Of a stretch of 64,000 nucleotides of DNA, positions 1-12,400 are shown one piece after another (within the stretch, counting starts at the first letter, position 1; the number at the start of each line of letters is the position of its first letter). A model generated the notes under the pieces. That model was not told the DNA's origin. It did no database searches and saw nothing but the letters and a program-made list of their open reading frames with translations. Where the stretch lies: NCBI GenBank assembly GCA_020184695.1, contig JAANOX010000014.1, forward strand, positions 124,001-188,000, written 5' to 3'. The translations under genes were made by a program, and so were the position numbers. Origin of the DNA: Histomonas meleagridis 2922-C6/04-290x (Eukaryota > Protista > Parabasalia).

Positions 1-3000
1 AATCCAATTTGATTTAATTAAATTTTATATAAAAACAAATAAATATTTATATCATTGATATCAAATCCTTCGTGTTCAAGAAGTAATTTTAAGATTTCAA
101 AGTAACCTTTTTCCAACGATATAATAAGTGATGTATATAATAATTTAAATAAATTTTATCATTAGTATTAATATCAATTCCTTCTTTTTCAAGAAGTAAT
201 TTAACAATTTCTGTATGACCTTTTTCCGATGATATTATAAGTGCTGTTTTATATAATTTAAATAATTTCCAAATATCATCTTGAAATATTAAATTATTAA
301 AAGAAAAATAAAATAAAAGAAATAAATATCTTTATTATTAATATCAATTCCTTCTTTTTCAAGAAGTAATTTAACAATTTCTGTATGACCTTTTTCCAAT
401 GATATTATAAGTGCTGTATTAAATAATTGAAATAATTTCCAAATATTATTTTGAAATATAAAATTATTAAAATAAATACCAAATAAAGAATTTAAATATT
501 TTGAGCATTAATATCAATTCCTTCTTGTTCAAGAAGTAATTTAACAATTTCTGTATAACCCTTTTCAGATGCATAAATAAGTGCTGTTTTAAATAATTGA
601 AATAATTTCCAAATATTATTTTGAAATATAAAATTATTAAAATAAATACCAAATAAAGAATTTAAATATTTTGAGCATTAATATCAATTCCTTCTTGTTC
701 AAGAAGTAATTTAACAATTTCTGTATGACCTTTTTCCAATGATACTATAAGTGCTGTATTCAATAATTTAAATAATTTCGAAATATTATTTTGAAATATA
801 AAATTATTAAAATAAATTATAAATAAAACAAGTGAATATTTTTAGCATTAATATCAATTCCTTCTTGTTCTAGAAGTAATTTAACAATTTCTGTATAACC
901 CTTTTCAGATGCATAAATAAGTGCTGTATTAAATAATTGAAATAATTTCCAAATATTATTTTGAATTTCCAAATTATTAAAATAAATTTTATCATTAGCA
1001 TTAATATCAATTCCTTCTTTTTCAAGAAGTAATTTAACAATTTCTGTATGACCTTTTTCCAATGATATTATAAGTGCTGTATTAAATAATTGAAATGATT
1101 TCCAAATATTATTTTGAAATATAAAATTATTAAAATAAATTTTATCATTAGTATTAATATCAATTCCTTCTTGTTCAAGAAGTAATTTAACAATTTCTGT
1201 ATGACCTTTTTCCAATGATACTATAAGTGCTGTATTCAATAATTTAAATAATTTCCAAATATTATTTTGAAATATAAAATTATTAAAATAAATATCAAAT
1301 AAAACAAATAAATATCTTTAGCATTAATATCAATTCCTTCTTGTTCAAGAAGTAATTTAACAATTTCTGTATAACCCTTTTCAGATGCATAAATAAGTGC
1401 TGTATTAAATAATTGAAATAATTTCCAAATATTATTTTGAAATATAAAATTATTAAAATAAATTCTAAATAAAACAAATAAATATTTTTAGCATTAATAT
1501 CAATTCCTTCTTGTTCAAGAAGTAATTTAACAATTTCTGTATGACCTTTTTCCAATGATATTATAAGTGCTGTACCAAATATTATTTTGAAATATAAAAT
1601 TATTAAAATAAATACCAAATAAAACAAATAAATACTTTGAGCATTATCATTAATTCCTTCTTGTTCTAGAAGTAATTTAACAATTTCTGTATAACCCTTT
1701 GCAGATGCATAAATAAGTGCTGTATTAAATAATTGAAATAATTTCCAAATATTATTTTAAAATTTCAAATTATTAAAATAAATTTTATCATTAGTATTAA
1801 TATCAATTCCTTCTTGTTCAAGAAGTAATTTAACAATTTCTGTATAACCCTTTGCAGATGCATAAATAAGTGCTGTATTAAATAATTGAAATAATTTCCA
1901 AATATTATTTTAAAATTTCAAATTATTAAAATAAATTTTATCATTAGTATTAATATCAATTCCTTCTTTTTCAAGAAGTAATTTAACAATTTCTGTATAA
2001 CCCTTTTCAGATGCATAAATAAGTGCTGTATTAAATAATTGAAATAATTTCCAAATATTATTTTGAAATATAAAATTATTAAAATAAATACCAAATAAAG
2101 AATTTAAATATTTTGAGCATTAATATCAATTCCTTCTTGTTCTAGAAGTAATTTAACAATTTCTGTATAACCCTTTTCAGATGCATAAATAAGTGCTGTT
2201 TTAAATAATTGAAATAATTTCCAAATATTATTTTAAAATTTCAAATTATTAAAATAAATTTTATCATTAGTATTAATATCAATTCCTTCTTGTTCAAGAA
2301 GTAATTTAACAATTTCTGTATAACCCTTTTCAGATGCATACATAAGTGATGTTTTAAATAATTGAAATAATTTCCAAATATTATTTTGAAATATAAAATT
2401 ATTAAAATAAATTCTTAATAAAACAAATAAATATTTTTAGCATTATTATCAATTCCTTCTTGTTCTAGAAGGAATTTAACAATTTCTGTACGACCATTAA
2501 AAGATGCCCACATAAGTGCTGTTTCAAATAATTGAAATAATTTCCAAATATTATTTTGAATTTCCAAATTATTAAAATAAATTCTAAGCAAAACAAGTGA
2601 ATATCTTTATAATTAATATCAATTCTTTCTTTTTCAAGAAGTAATTTAACAATTTCTGTATGACCTTTTTCCAATGATATTATAAGTGCTGTACCAAATA
2701 TTATTTTGAAATATAAAATTATTAAAATAAATTCTAAATAAAACAAATAAATACTTTGAGCATTAATATCAATTCCTTCTTTTTCAAGAAGTAATTTAAC
2801 AATTTCTGTATAACCCTTTTCAGATGCATAAATAAGTGCTGTATTAAATAATTGAAATAATTTCCAAATATTATTTTGAAATATTCCAAAATTATTAAAA
2901 TAAATTCTAAATAAAACAAATAAATATTTTTAGTATTAATATCAATTCCTTCTTGTTCTAGAAGGAATTTAACAATTTCTGTATAACCCTTTTCAGATGC

Positions 3001-6000
3001 ATAAATAAGTGCTGTATTAAATAATTGAAATAATTTCCAAATATTATTTTAAAATTTCAAATTATTAAAATAAATTTTATCATTAGTATTAATATCAATT
3101 CCTTCTTTTTCAAGAAGTAATTTAACAATTTCTGTATAACCCTTTTCAGATGCATAAATAAGTGCTGTTTTAAATAATTGAAATAATTTCCAAATATTAT
3201 TTTGAAATATAAAATTATTAAAATAAATTCTTAATAAAACAAATAAATATTTTTAGCATTATTATCAATTCCTTCTTGTTCTAGAAGGAATTTAACAATT
3301 TCTGTACGGCCATTAAAAGATGCCCACATAAGTGCTGTTTCAAATAATTGAAATAATTTCCAAATATTATTTTGAATTTCCAAATTATTAAAATAAATTC
3401 TAAGCAAAACAAGTGAATATCTTTATTATTAATATCAATTCCTTCTTTTTCAAGAAGTAATTTAACAATTTCTGTATAACCCTTTGCAGATGCATACATA
3501 AGTGATGTATTAAATAATTTAAATAATTTCCAAATATTATTTTGAAATATTCCAAAATTATTAAAATAAATTCTAAATAAAACAAATAAATATTTTTAGT
3601 ATTAATATCAATTCCTTCTTGTTCAAGAAGTAATTTAACAATTTCTGTATAACCCTTTGCAGATGCATAAATAAGTGCTGTATTAAATAATTGAAATAAT
3701 TTCCAAATATTATTTTAAAATTTCAAATTATTAAAATAAATTTTATCATTAGTATTAATATCAATTCCTTCTTTTTCAAGAAGTAATTTAACAATTTCTG
3801 TATTACCATTCATAGATGCATACATAAGTGCTGTATTAAATAATTGAAATAATTTCCAAATATTATTTTGAAATATAAAATTATTAAAAAAAATTCCAAA
3901 TAAAGAATTTAAATATTTTTAGTATTAATATCAATTCCTTCTTGTTCTAGAAGGAATTTAACAATTTCTGTATAACCCTTTTCAGATGCATAAATAAGTG
4001 CTGTATTAAATAATTGAAATAATTTCCAAATATTATTTTAAAATTTCAAATTATTAAAACAAATTTTATCATTAGCATTAATATCAATTCCTTCTTTTTC
4101 AAGAAGTAATTTAACAATTTCTGTATTACCATTCATAGATGCATACATAAGTGCTGTATTAAATAATTGAAATAATTTCCAAATATTATTTTGAAATATA
4201 AAATTATTAAAATAAATTCTAAATAAAACAAATAAATATTTTTAGTATTAATATCAATTCCTTCTTGTTCAAGAAGTAATTTAACAATTTCTGTATAACC
4301 CTTTGCAGATGCATAAATAAGTGCTGTATTAAATAATTGAAATAATTTCCAAATATTATTTTAAAATTTCAAATTATTAAAATAAATTTTATCATTAGTA
4401 TTAATATCAATTCCTTCTTTTTCAAGAAGTAATTTAACAATTTCTGTATAACCCTTTTCAGATGCATAAATAAGTGCTGTTTTAAATAATTGAAATAATT
4501 TCCAAATATTATTTTAAAATTTCAAATTATTAAAATAAATTTTATCATTAGTATTAATATCAATTCCTTCTTGTTCAAGAAGTAATTTAACAATTTCTGT
4601 ATAACCCTTTTCAGATGCATAAATAAGTGCTGTTTTAAATAATTGAAATAATTTCCAAATATTATTTTGAAATATAAAATTATTAAAATAAATACCAAAT
4701 AAAGAATTTAAATATTTTGAGCATTAATATCAATTCCTTCTTGTTCAAGAAGTAATTTAACAATTTCTGTATGACCTTTTTCCAATGATACTATAAGTGC
4801 TGTATTCAATAATTTAAATAATTTCCAAATATTATTTTGAAATATAAAATTATTAAAATAAATATCAAATAAAACAAATAAATATCTTCAGCATTAATAT
4901 CAATTTCTTCTTGTTCTAGAAGTAATTTAACAATTTCTGTATAACCCTTTTCAGATGCATAAATAAGTGCTGTTTTAAATAATTGAAATAATTTCCAAAT
5001 ATTATTTTGAAATATAAAATTATTAAAATAAATACCAAATAAAGAATTTAAATATTTTGAGCATTAATATCAATTCCTTCTTGTTCAAGAAGTAATTTAA
5101 CAATTTCTGTATGACCTTTTTCCAATGATACTATAAGTGCTGTATTCAATAATTTAAATAATTTCCAAATATTATTTTGAAATATAAAATTATTAAAATA
5201 AATATCAAATAAAACAAATAAATATCTTCAGCATTAATATCAATTTCTTCTTGTTCTAGAAGTAATTTAACAATTTCTGTATAACCCTTTTCAGATGCAT
5301 ACATAAGTGCTGTTTTAAATAATTGAAATAATTTCCAAATATTATTTTGAAATATAAAATTATTAAAATAAATTCTAAATAAAACAAATAAATATTTTTA
5401 GCATTAATATCAATTTCTTCTTGTTCTAGAAGGAATTTAACAATTTCTGTATAACCCTTTGCAGACGCTTTCATAAGTGCTGTAAAAAATAATTTAAATA
5501 ATTTCCAAATATTATTTTGAAATATAAAATTATTAAAATAAATACCAAATAAAGAATTTAAATATTTTGAGCATTAATATCAATTCCTTCTTTTTCAAAA
5601 AGTAATTTAACAATTTCTGTATGACCTTTTTCCAATGATATTATAAGTGCTGTATTAAATAATTGAAATAATTTCCAAATATTATTTTGAAATATAAAAT
5701 TATTAAAATAAATATTAAATAAAACAAATAAATATCTTCAGCATTAATATCAATTCCTTCTTGTTCAAGAAGTAATTTAACTATTTTTGTATGACCTTTT
5801 TCAGACGCTTTCATAAGTGCTGTAAAAAATAATTGAAATAATTTCCAAATATTATTTTGAAATATAAAATTATTAAAATAAATATCAAATAAAACAAATA
5901 AATATCTTCAGCATTAATATCAATTCCTTCTTGTTCAAGAAGTAATTTAACAATTTCTGTATGACCTTTTTCAGACGCTTTCATAAGTGCTGTAAAAAAT

Positions 6001-6250
6001 AATTGAAATAATTTCCAAATATTATTTTGAAATATAAAATTATTAAAAAAAATTCCAAATAAAGAATTTAAATATTTTTAGTATTAATATCAATTCCTTC
6101 TTGTTCAAGAAGTAATTTAACAATTTCTGTATAACCCTTTTCAGATGCATAAATAAGTGCTGTATTAAATAATTGAAATAATTTCCAAATATTATTTTAA
6201 AATTTCAAATTATTAAAACAAATTTTATCATTAGCATTAATATCAATTCC
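1..6250 (-). repeat. Tandem array of ankyrin-coding units (38 TAL/TSL starts counted; unit lengths 170, 153, 150, 173 or 113 nt)
   Basis: Spacing of AGTGCTGT/AGTGATGT on the + strand: 127, 240, 410, 580, 750, 920, 1073, 1226 ... 5986, 6156. Confidence 0.95.
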
Positions 6251-7420
6251 TTCTTGTTCAAGAAAGTATTTTACAATTTCAACATTACCTGATTTTGTAG
6301 AGTATATTAAAAAATTTGTATTTTGATTATTTATATGAAGATATTTAATAAGGAATAAATTTCCTATTTTTATTTCTTTTAAAATATTTTTATCATCATA
6401 TTGTATTCCTTCTCCTTCCAAAAATAATAAAAGTTCGTAATTACCACTAGTAATACAGATTTTTTGGAAATAATTAAGCATTGTTTTATCAGCTTGGTTT
6501 GATTTATCAATAATTTTATTTTCATAAAGATATTTAAATATATCATTTTGATGAAATTTAATTGCAGTTTTATCTACATCTTCTAATGATGAATGATTTT
6601 GTTCACATAAATGAAATATTTCTAGATTTCCACCTGCAACTGCATATTTACCTGTATTTATTACATTTGCATTATTCATAAGTAAATATTTAAAACATTG
6701 AACTGATCCAAAAAATGCTGCATAATCAATTAATGTAACATTTACTTTATTAACAAAATCACATCTTTCATAAATTGATGGTTCTATTATTTGATTAAAA
6801 TCAAATTTTGGTTGTGATGATATTTCTTGAAGTTTTTCTATTTCATCATTACGAATGATTTTTGCTATTTCATTTGGATTATGTCCTTCTTTAACATATT
6901 GCTTATGAAGTTCAAAATCATTCGTTGAAAGTTTTTCTATGTTTTTCAAGAAATTTTTTTCTGCTCGTTGAAATTTTTTGGGTTTTATATTTTTATGGTA
7001 ATGAATAAAATAATTAGTTCGTTTAATTGTTAAAATATTTGCTTTAGTTAAATTTTGTTGAATCAATATATTATATATATAATATGCTTCTTGCTTTTCC
7101 ATTTTCGATATGTAATTTGAAAAAATTGTAATGATTTTAGGTATATTTTCATTTATTTCATCTTCTTTCATTTGAATTAATTGTAAAAATTTTAAGTATA
7201 TATCAAATTCATTCTTTCTTGAACAGAATACAAAATAAATCAATTTACAAATGACAATATTAAATGTATATGGATAATTCGATTCAAATTTTTGCAATAT
7301 TTGTTGAACTGAAAAATCAAGGTTTTCATCAGATAAGCCCATGATGATTTTTTGGAGTTCAATAAGTAATTCCAAGTAGGTGAATTTATTTTCTTTTTCT
7401 GGGGGATTGGGATCTTGCAT
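1..7420 (-). CDS. DUF3447-type N-terminal domain plus at least 38 ankyrin repeats, interrupted by about 136 17-nt inserts; runs off the left edge of the window
   Basis: ORF 6197-7420 has the trichomonad ankyrin N-domain motifs (IRNDEIEKLQE, TLIDYAAFFGSVQCFKYL, YAVAGGN). Downstream, TALxxASxKGxTEIVKLLLEQEGIDINAK units recur with stop-free bodies. The frame is restored once the 17-nt inserts in each hairpin are removed. Confidence 0.8.
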
Positions 7421-7479
7421 TTATTTTCTTTTTCTGGAAATAAAAAGTGACAGCAAATCTTGTGCGTCACTTTTTCGAA

Positions 7480-8346
7480 AAAAGAATTTTTCGAAATTTT
7501 CAATTTCTTCTTCAAAATAATGGAACTAATGTTAATGTAAAAGATATTTTTCAATTTTTTTGATGTTAATATTTTACAAAAATATTCGGAATATATTTAA
7601 ATTATTTAATACTCCACTTATAGTTGCATCTATATGTGATAATGATGAAATTGTTAAAATACTTCTTCAACAAAAAGGAATTGATGTTAATGCTAAAGAT
7701 CTTTTTTTGTTTCATTTAATGTTTTATTAATTAATTTAATATTTTCATTAAACATTTAAAAATTATTTGATACAGCACTTTTACATGCATCTTTCAAGGA
7801 TAATGTAGGTGTTGTTGGGTCACTTCTTAAATTTGAAGGAATTGATGTTAATGCAAAAAATATTAATTTATGAGATTGAATATTTTATTGAATAATTTGA
7901 TATTTTTATCAAAGAATTGGAAATTATTTAAATAATTTGATATTGCTCTCCATCTTGCAGCTGAAGAAGACAATTCAGTAATTGTTGAATTACTTGTTAA
8001 ACATAAGAAAATTGATGTTAATGCTAAAAATATATTTCTGTTTATTTTATATGTAAATAAATATTTCGATGTTTCATGATGAAATTTGGAATTTATTCAA
8101 ATTATTTGATACACCACTTATTATGGCAAATATAAGTGATAATGATGATTTGGTTGTATTACTTCTAATCAATAAAAATATCAATATAAACACTAAAAAT
8201 ATTCATATGTATTGGTTAAAATTTTATTAAATAATTTGATATTTTATTTAAATATTTGGAATTTATGTAATTAATTTTTTACACCTCTTCTGATTGCAAA
8301 GGCTAATGAAAATGATATCGTCGATTTGATTAAGGGGTATAAATAA
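7480..8346 (+). pseudogene. 5'-truncated, divergent ankyrin-repeat gene fragment (5 hairpins) carrying 16-18-nt inserts
   Basis: TPLIVASICDNDEIVKILL, TALLHASFKD, IALHLAAEED, TPLIMANISD and TPLLIAKANEND...KGYK* are separated by insert/micro-exon blocks. No in-frame ATG was found; the fragment abuts the start of the divergent 7420 gene. Confidence 0.75.
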
Positions 8347-8692
8347 AAACACTCACTTCCTTAAATATTACTTTTTTATGTTGAAGTCATACATTTAATT
8401 AGTGAGTTTTTAACTTAATACTTATACTGATTGACTAAAGTATAATCTTAACGTACATTTTCCAAATTTCAAAAACGGCCCCGAGAAATGGCGGGAAAAG
8501 AATCAGGAAAATCACATAAACAATTTATTTCCGTTTTTTATATGAGGCTTACAAAATTATTTAATAATCGCTATCAATCATAATTTTTTTAGAATAAATT
8601 GATTCAGGAAAAAAACCAGAAAGATTGAAGAAGTTGTTTTGAATTTAAACCTTTTCATATGTTTTTCACATAACATTTCCGTTTCATAACAG

Positions 8693-9325
8693 ATGGCTCT
8701 TCTCCAAAAAGATGTAGAAGCTTTTTCGATTGATATTTATCGCATTCGCAAAACAGTTATAGAAATGCTTGCAGACAGGGGCTATGATGTCGGTGATATG
8801 CTTGAAGAAGATTTTGATACATTCAAAATGTCAAATTCTATACCTCTTCAAGATAAACAGCTCGATGCTTTCACAATAAATTGTACTCACAATGTTAATC
8901 GTGATGAGCGCGTACAAGCTCGTTTTGATCGACTTTATATTTCTTCAAGAGGAATAAAAGAAATTGTTTTAAAACTCGAAAGCGAAAAAATAAATCACTG
9001 TATTTTTGTGGCAGAAGAAGTCAGATTATCAGCTAAAAATCTTGAAATTATTTCAAAGTTATCAAAGAAAATAGAATTTTTCACACAGCAAGAAATGCTC
9101 ATCAATATCACTCATCATAATCTTGTTCCAAAGCATGAACCTCTTTCACAAGAAGAGAAAGAAGAACTTTTGCGATGCTATCATATCAATGAAAATCAAC
9201 TCCCAATGATTTCCAAAGATGATGCAATATGTAAATACTTTGGTGTTGAACGTGGAACCGTCATGAGAATTACACGTAGATCAAATACTTCTGGGAGATA
9301 TGTTACATATCGATTAGTTATTTAA
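8693..9325 (+). CDS. RPB5: RNA polymerase I/II/III shared subunit RPB5
   Basis: RIRKTVIEMLADRGY N-terminus; NITHHNLVPKH, QLPMISKDDAICKYFG and RRSNTSGRYVTYRLV C-terminus. Confidence 0.97.
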   Translation: MALLQKDVEAFSIDIYRIRKTVIEMLADRGYDVGDMLEEDFDTFKMSNSIPLQDKQLDAFTINCTHNVNRDERVQARFDRLYISSRGIKEIVLKLESEKINHCIFVAEEVRLSAKNLEIISKLSKKIEFFTQQEMLINITHHNLVPKHEPLSQEEKEELLRCYHINENQLPMISKDDAICKYFGVERGTVMRITRRSNTSGRYVTYRLVI

Positions 9326-9430
9326 AACAAATTTTACAAATAAATCAACACAATTATGTGGGAAAGAACATGAGTTTTAATAAAAGAGACAAACATCATT
9401 TTTTGATTTTTTGCCGGGAAAAGAAACAGC

Positions 9431-9439
9431 CAACGGTTA
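9431..9439 (+). promoter_or_regulatory. Trichomonad Myb-type core promoter motif (AACGGTT) upstream of the 9497 ORF; similar motifs precede many genes (about 16680, 46135, 51203, 57369)
   Basis: AACGGTT/AACCGTT recurs within about 100 bp of starts, as do AAAGTGAC (7444, 16647 reverse) and TCAY Inr-like sites. Confidence 0.5.
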
Positions 9440-9496
9440 TAACGATGAAATTTAATTCAATAATAGACGTTTACAAAACCTCAGAAGAAAATTTTA

Positions 9497-12400
9497 ATGG
9501 ATTTATTTAGCGACACTATTCCACCTCCAACAACAACAGCTGCAACAAGGCCAATTCCAAATTTTAGGCCACTTAGTCGCACTTTAAGCGTTTCGAAACA
9601 AGAAAAGCCAGAAGTTCAAGTAAAAAATGAATTGGATTCTATTCCTTTATCAACTCTACTTCAAAAACATTTTAACAGAAAACAACCTAAACAAGAACCA
9701 CAAAAGGAAGAACAAGGGGCAGATGATACTGATCAACTTATTGGTGATTCAAACTTTGAAGCAGCAGGTGTTGCCTCTGATTTTGTCAATATTTTCAAAG
9801 AAATTAATGATGATGATCTTTATAACCAAGGATTTGTTCAAACAAATAGATATTTAAAAGCCGAATTCAATGAACCAACAGCACGAAGATTTGGGACTCG
9901 TGAAAGACAAGTTACTCAAAGATGGACTGAAGAAGAAACAGATCTTTTTTATAGGGTCCTCGCTATGTGTGGCACAGATTTTTCAATGATATCCAAATTC
10001 TTTCCAGATCGTTCCAGGAAAATGATTGTCAACAAATTCCACCGCGAAGAAGCAAAGAACAAAGAAAAGATATTGGAATGCATTTCTAAACATGATCCAC
10101 TCGATTTGAATATGTATGCATCAATTGTTGGAATTGATGAAAGCTCAATTATCGACGACTACCAAAAGAACAAAGCTAAGCTGTCAGGGAAAAACAGTTT
10201 ATTCCAATCATCAAAGCGTGATGACAAACAGAATCAGAGCGGCGATGAATCAAATGAATCTGATGAATGGGTATCGGCATCTGAGAGTGAGGAACCTAAC
10301 TTGGGGGATGTGGATGTTAGGGAGGCTGATAACCATGATGACGATGAAATTGAAGGTGATTCATATGTCACAAAAATGGGCATCAATGTATCTGCAACAG
10401 GAAAATTACCAGAAATTATACAAACAATGAGTACTAGAGACTTACCGCCTTCAAGTTCTTTTTGGAGAGATCTGACTATTCTTGATTTTGTTGGTGTTGA
10501 TAATGAAGATGAATTCCTTAAAACTTTACTTATTGATATTCGGAAAAAACATCCTAAAAATTTAGGCGAACTTATAAAGTCCGTAATTTCTTTAATATCA
10601 AAATCTGCAAAATCATTAAATGAAGATAGGAAACAAGCGTTAATTCTTTCTTCATTAGCTGGATTTATGCAAAACCTTATTTCTATTACATGTGATTCTA
10701 AGTGTTCTCAATTTTGGGTTAAACATGCTTCAAATGGAATTGCATCATATAAACCAATAGAATCACTTATCAATTCATATATGACTCCTTTTAATTTTGA
10801 TAACAAAACAATTAAGTCCATACTTAAAAATCCAGAACTTTATACAACTTATGGAAAAATATTGTTATTTATTATTCATGGCCCATCATTTTTTAATCGT
10901 AAAACAAATGATCCTACTGAATTTGTTCTTTCATTTGATCAACAAAATCCAACTGTCTATTTTAAAACACTTATTGAACTTATTCCAACAATCATAGAAA
11001 TCAATCAAAGAACAGACCAATCCATGCAACTTATAAAAACGCATATAACATTAGCTGTTTCATGTGTTTATTCCTGTAAGACTTGGAAAAGTTGTTTGAC
11101 TCATATGGACCCGTTAAAATTGTATTGCGCGTTGGCGGTTATTTTCTGTTTCACTCCGTCAACAATTGAATGCTCCGAGCAATTGAATACTTTACTCTAC
11201 CTATCGGTTTCACTCAATCGAAATTTACTTAAATTTATTGATAACAACAAAGTTTCATTACGTTTTATAGTATCTTTGTTATATCATTTTAAAGATCGTC
11301 TTAATAATTCCCAATCTAATGATTTTTTAATATCGATTATATTGATCACCATTAATATTTTTATTGAAGGTATGCCTACATTATTAAGTCTAAATGATAA
11401 CTTTGACTATGATTTTCCAATAAGCATTCATCGTGCAACATTTGCTGATTTAATAATCGAAATCTTAACGACTCCAATAATTGAAGATAGTTTCCAACTA
11501 AATGAAAACATTGTTTTACAAATTGTTGGAATTATTACTAATATGAGTACGTCCATTACAAATTTATCGGAATATTCATCTAAATCATTAATCGAGTTTT
11601 TAAATGTGTTATCAGAAGATAATAAAGATTCGAATTTAATACAATATACAATGTCTTCGATTTTTAACTTTATATGTAACCAATCATTAAGTAATCATTT
11701 TTTATATTTCGCTATCACTGAAAAGAGAAATTTGTTTAAGGAATTAACAAAATCGAAAAATAAATTAATTGTTATATTGGCGAAATTCTTTTTGAAGTTA
11801 ATTAAATCATTTGTAAAAGTTTATTCGGATGAAAATTTAAATAAAAATGAAAAAATACTTCAGTTACATAAGTTAATAGTTCCAACATTCCAAAAGTTTA
11901 GTAAAATTAAAAAAATTACCGAAAATAAAATTAAGTTGGAAATGAATGATAGCGTTTTATGGTTCGATTGGTTTCGCGGAATGTTTTGGAAAATTTATCC
12001 AAACGAATCAATGTATTATCGATTACGATTTCAATACGAAGAAACAAATAATGAAGAAACGGCAACAGACAACGAATCGAATAATAGTAATAATGTTAAA
12101 AATGATACAAATATAAACAAAACTAATGAAATTAATGATAAAAAAGTTAAAGAAAATATTAAAATTGATAATACAAATGATGAAATTAAAGATAATGTGA
12201 AAAAAGTTAAAGAAAATAAAATTGATAATAAAAATAAAGAAATAAAAAATAATGAAATTAAAGATAACGTGAAAAAGGTTAAAGAAGTGAACGAGGAAAT
12301 GAAGAAAGAAAAGAAAATTGAAAACGAAATTAAGAAAGAACTCGAAATATCAATTGATGGATTGGGCGAAAGCGACGACTTTGATGATTGGATTGGCGAG

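Noticed and set aside
467-5474. Short track ORFs such as MFYLEFILIILYFKIIFGNYFNYLIQHLFMHLKRV as membrane peptides
   Set aside because: They are out-of-frame readings through inserts and ankyrin bodies starting at TTG/ATG within the repeats.
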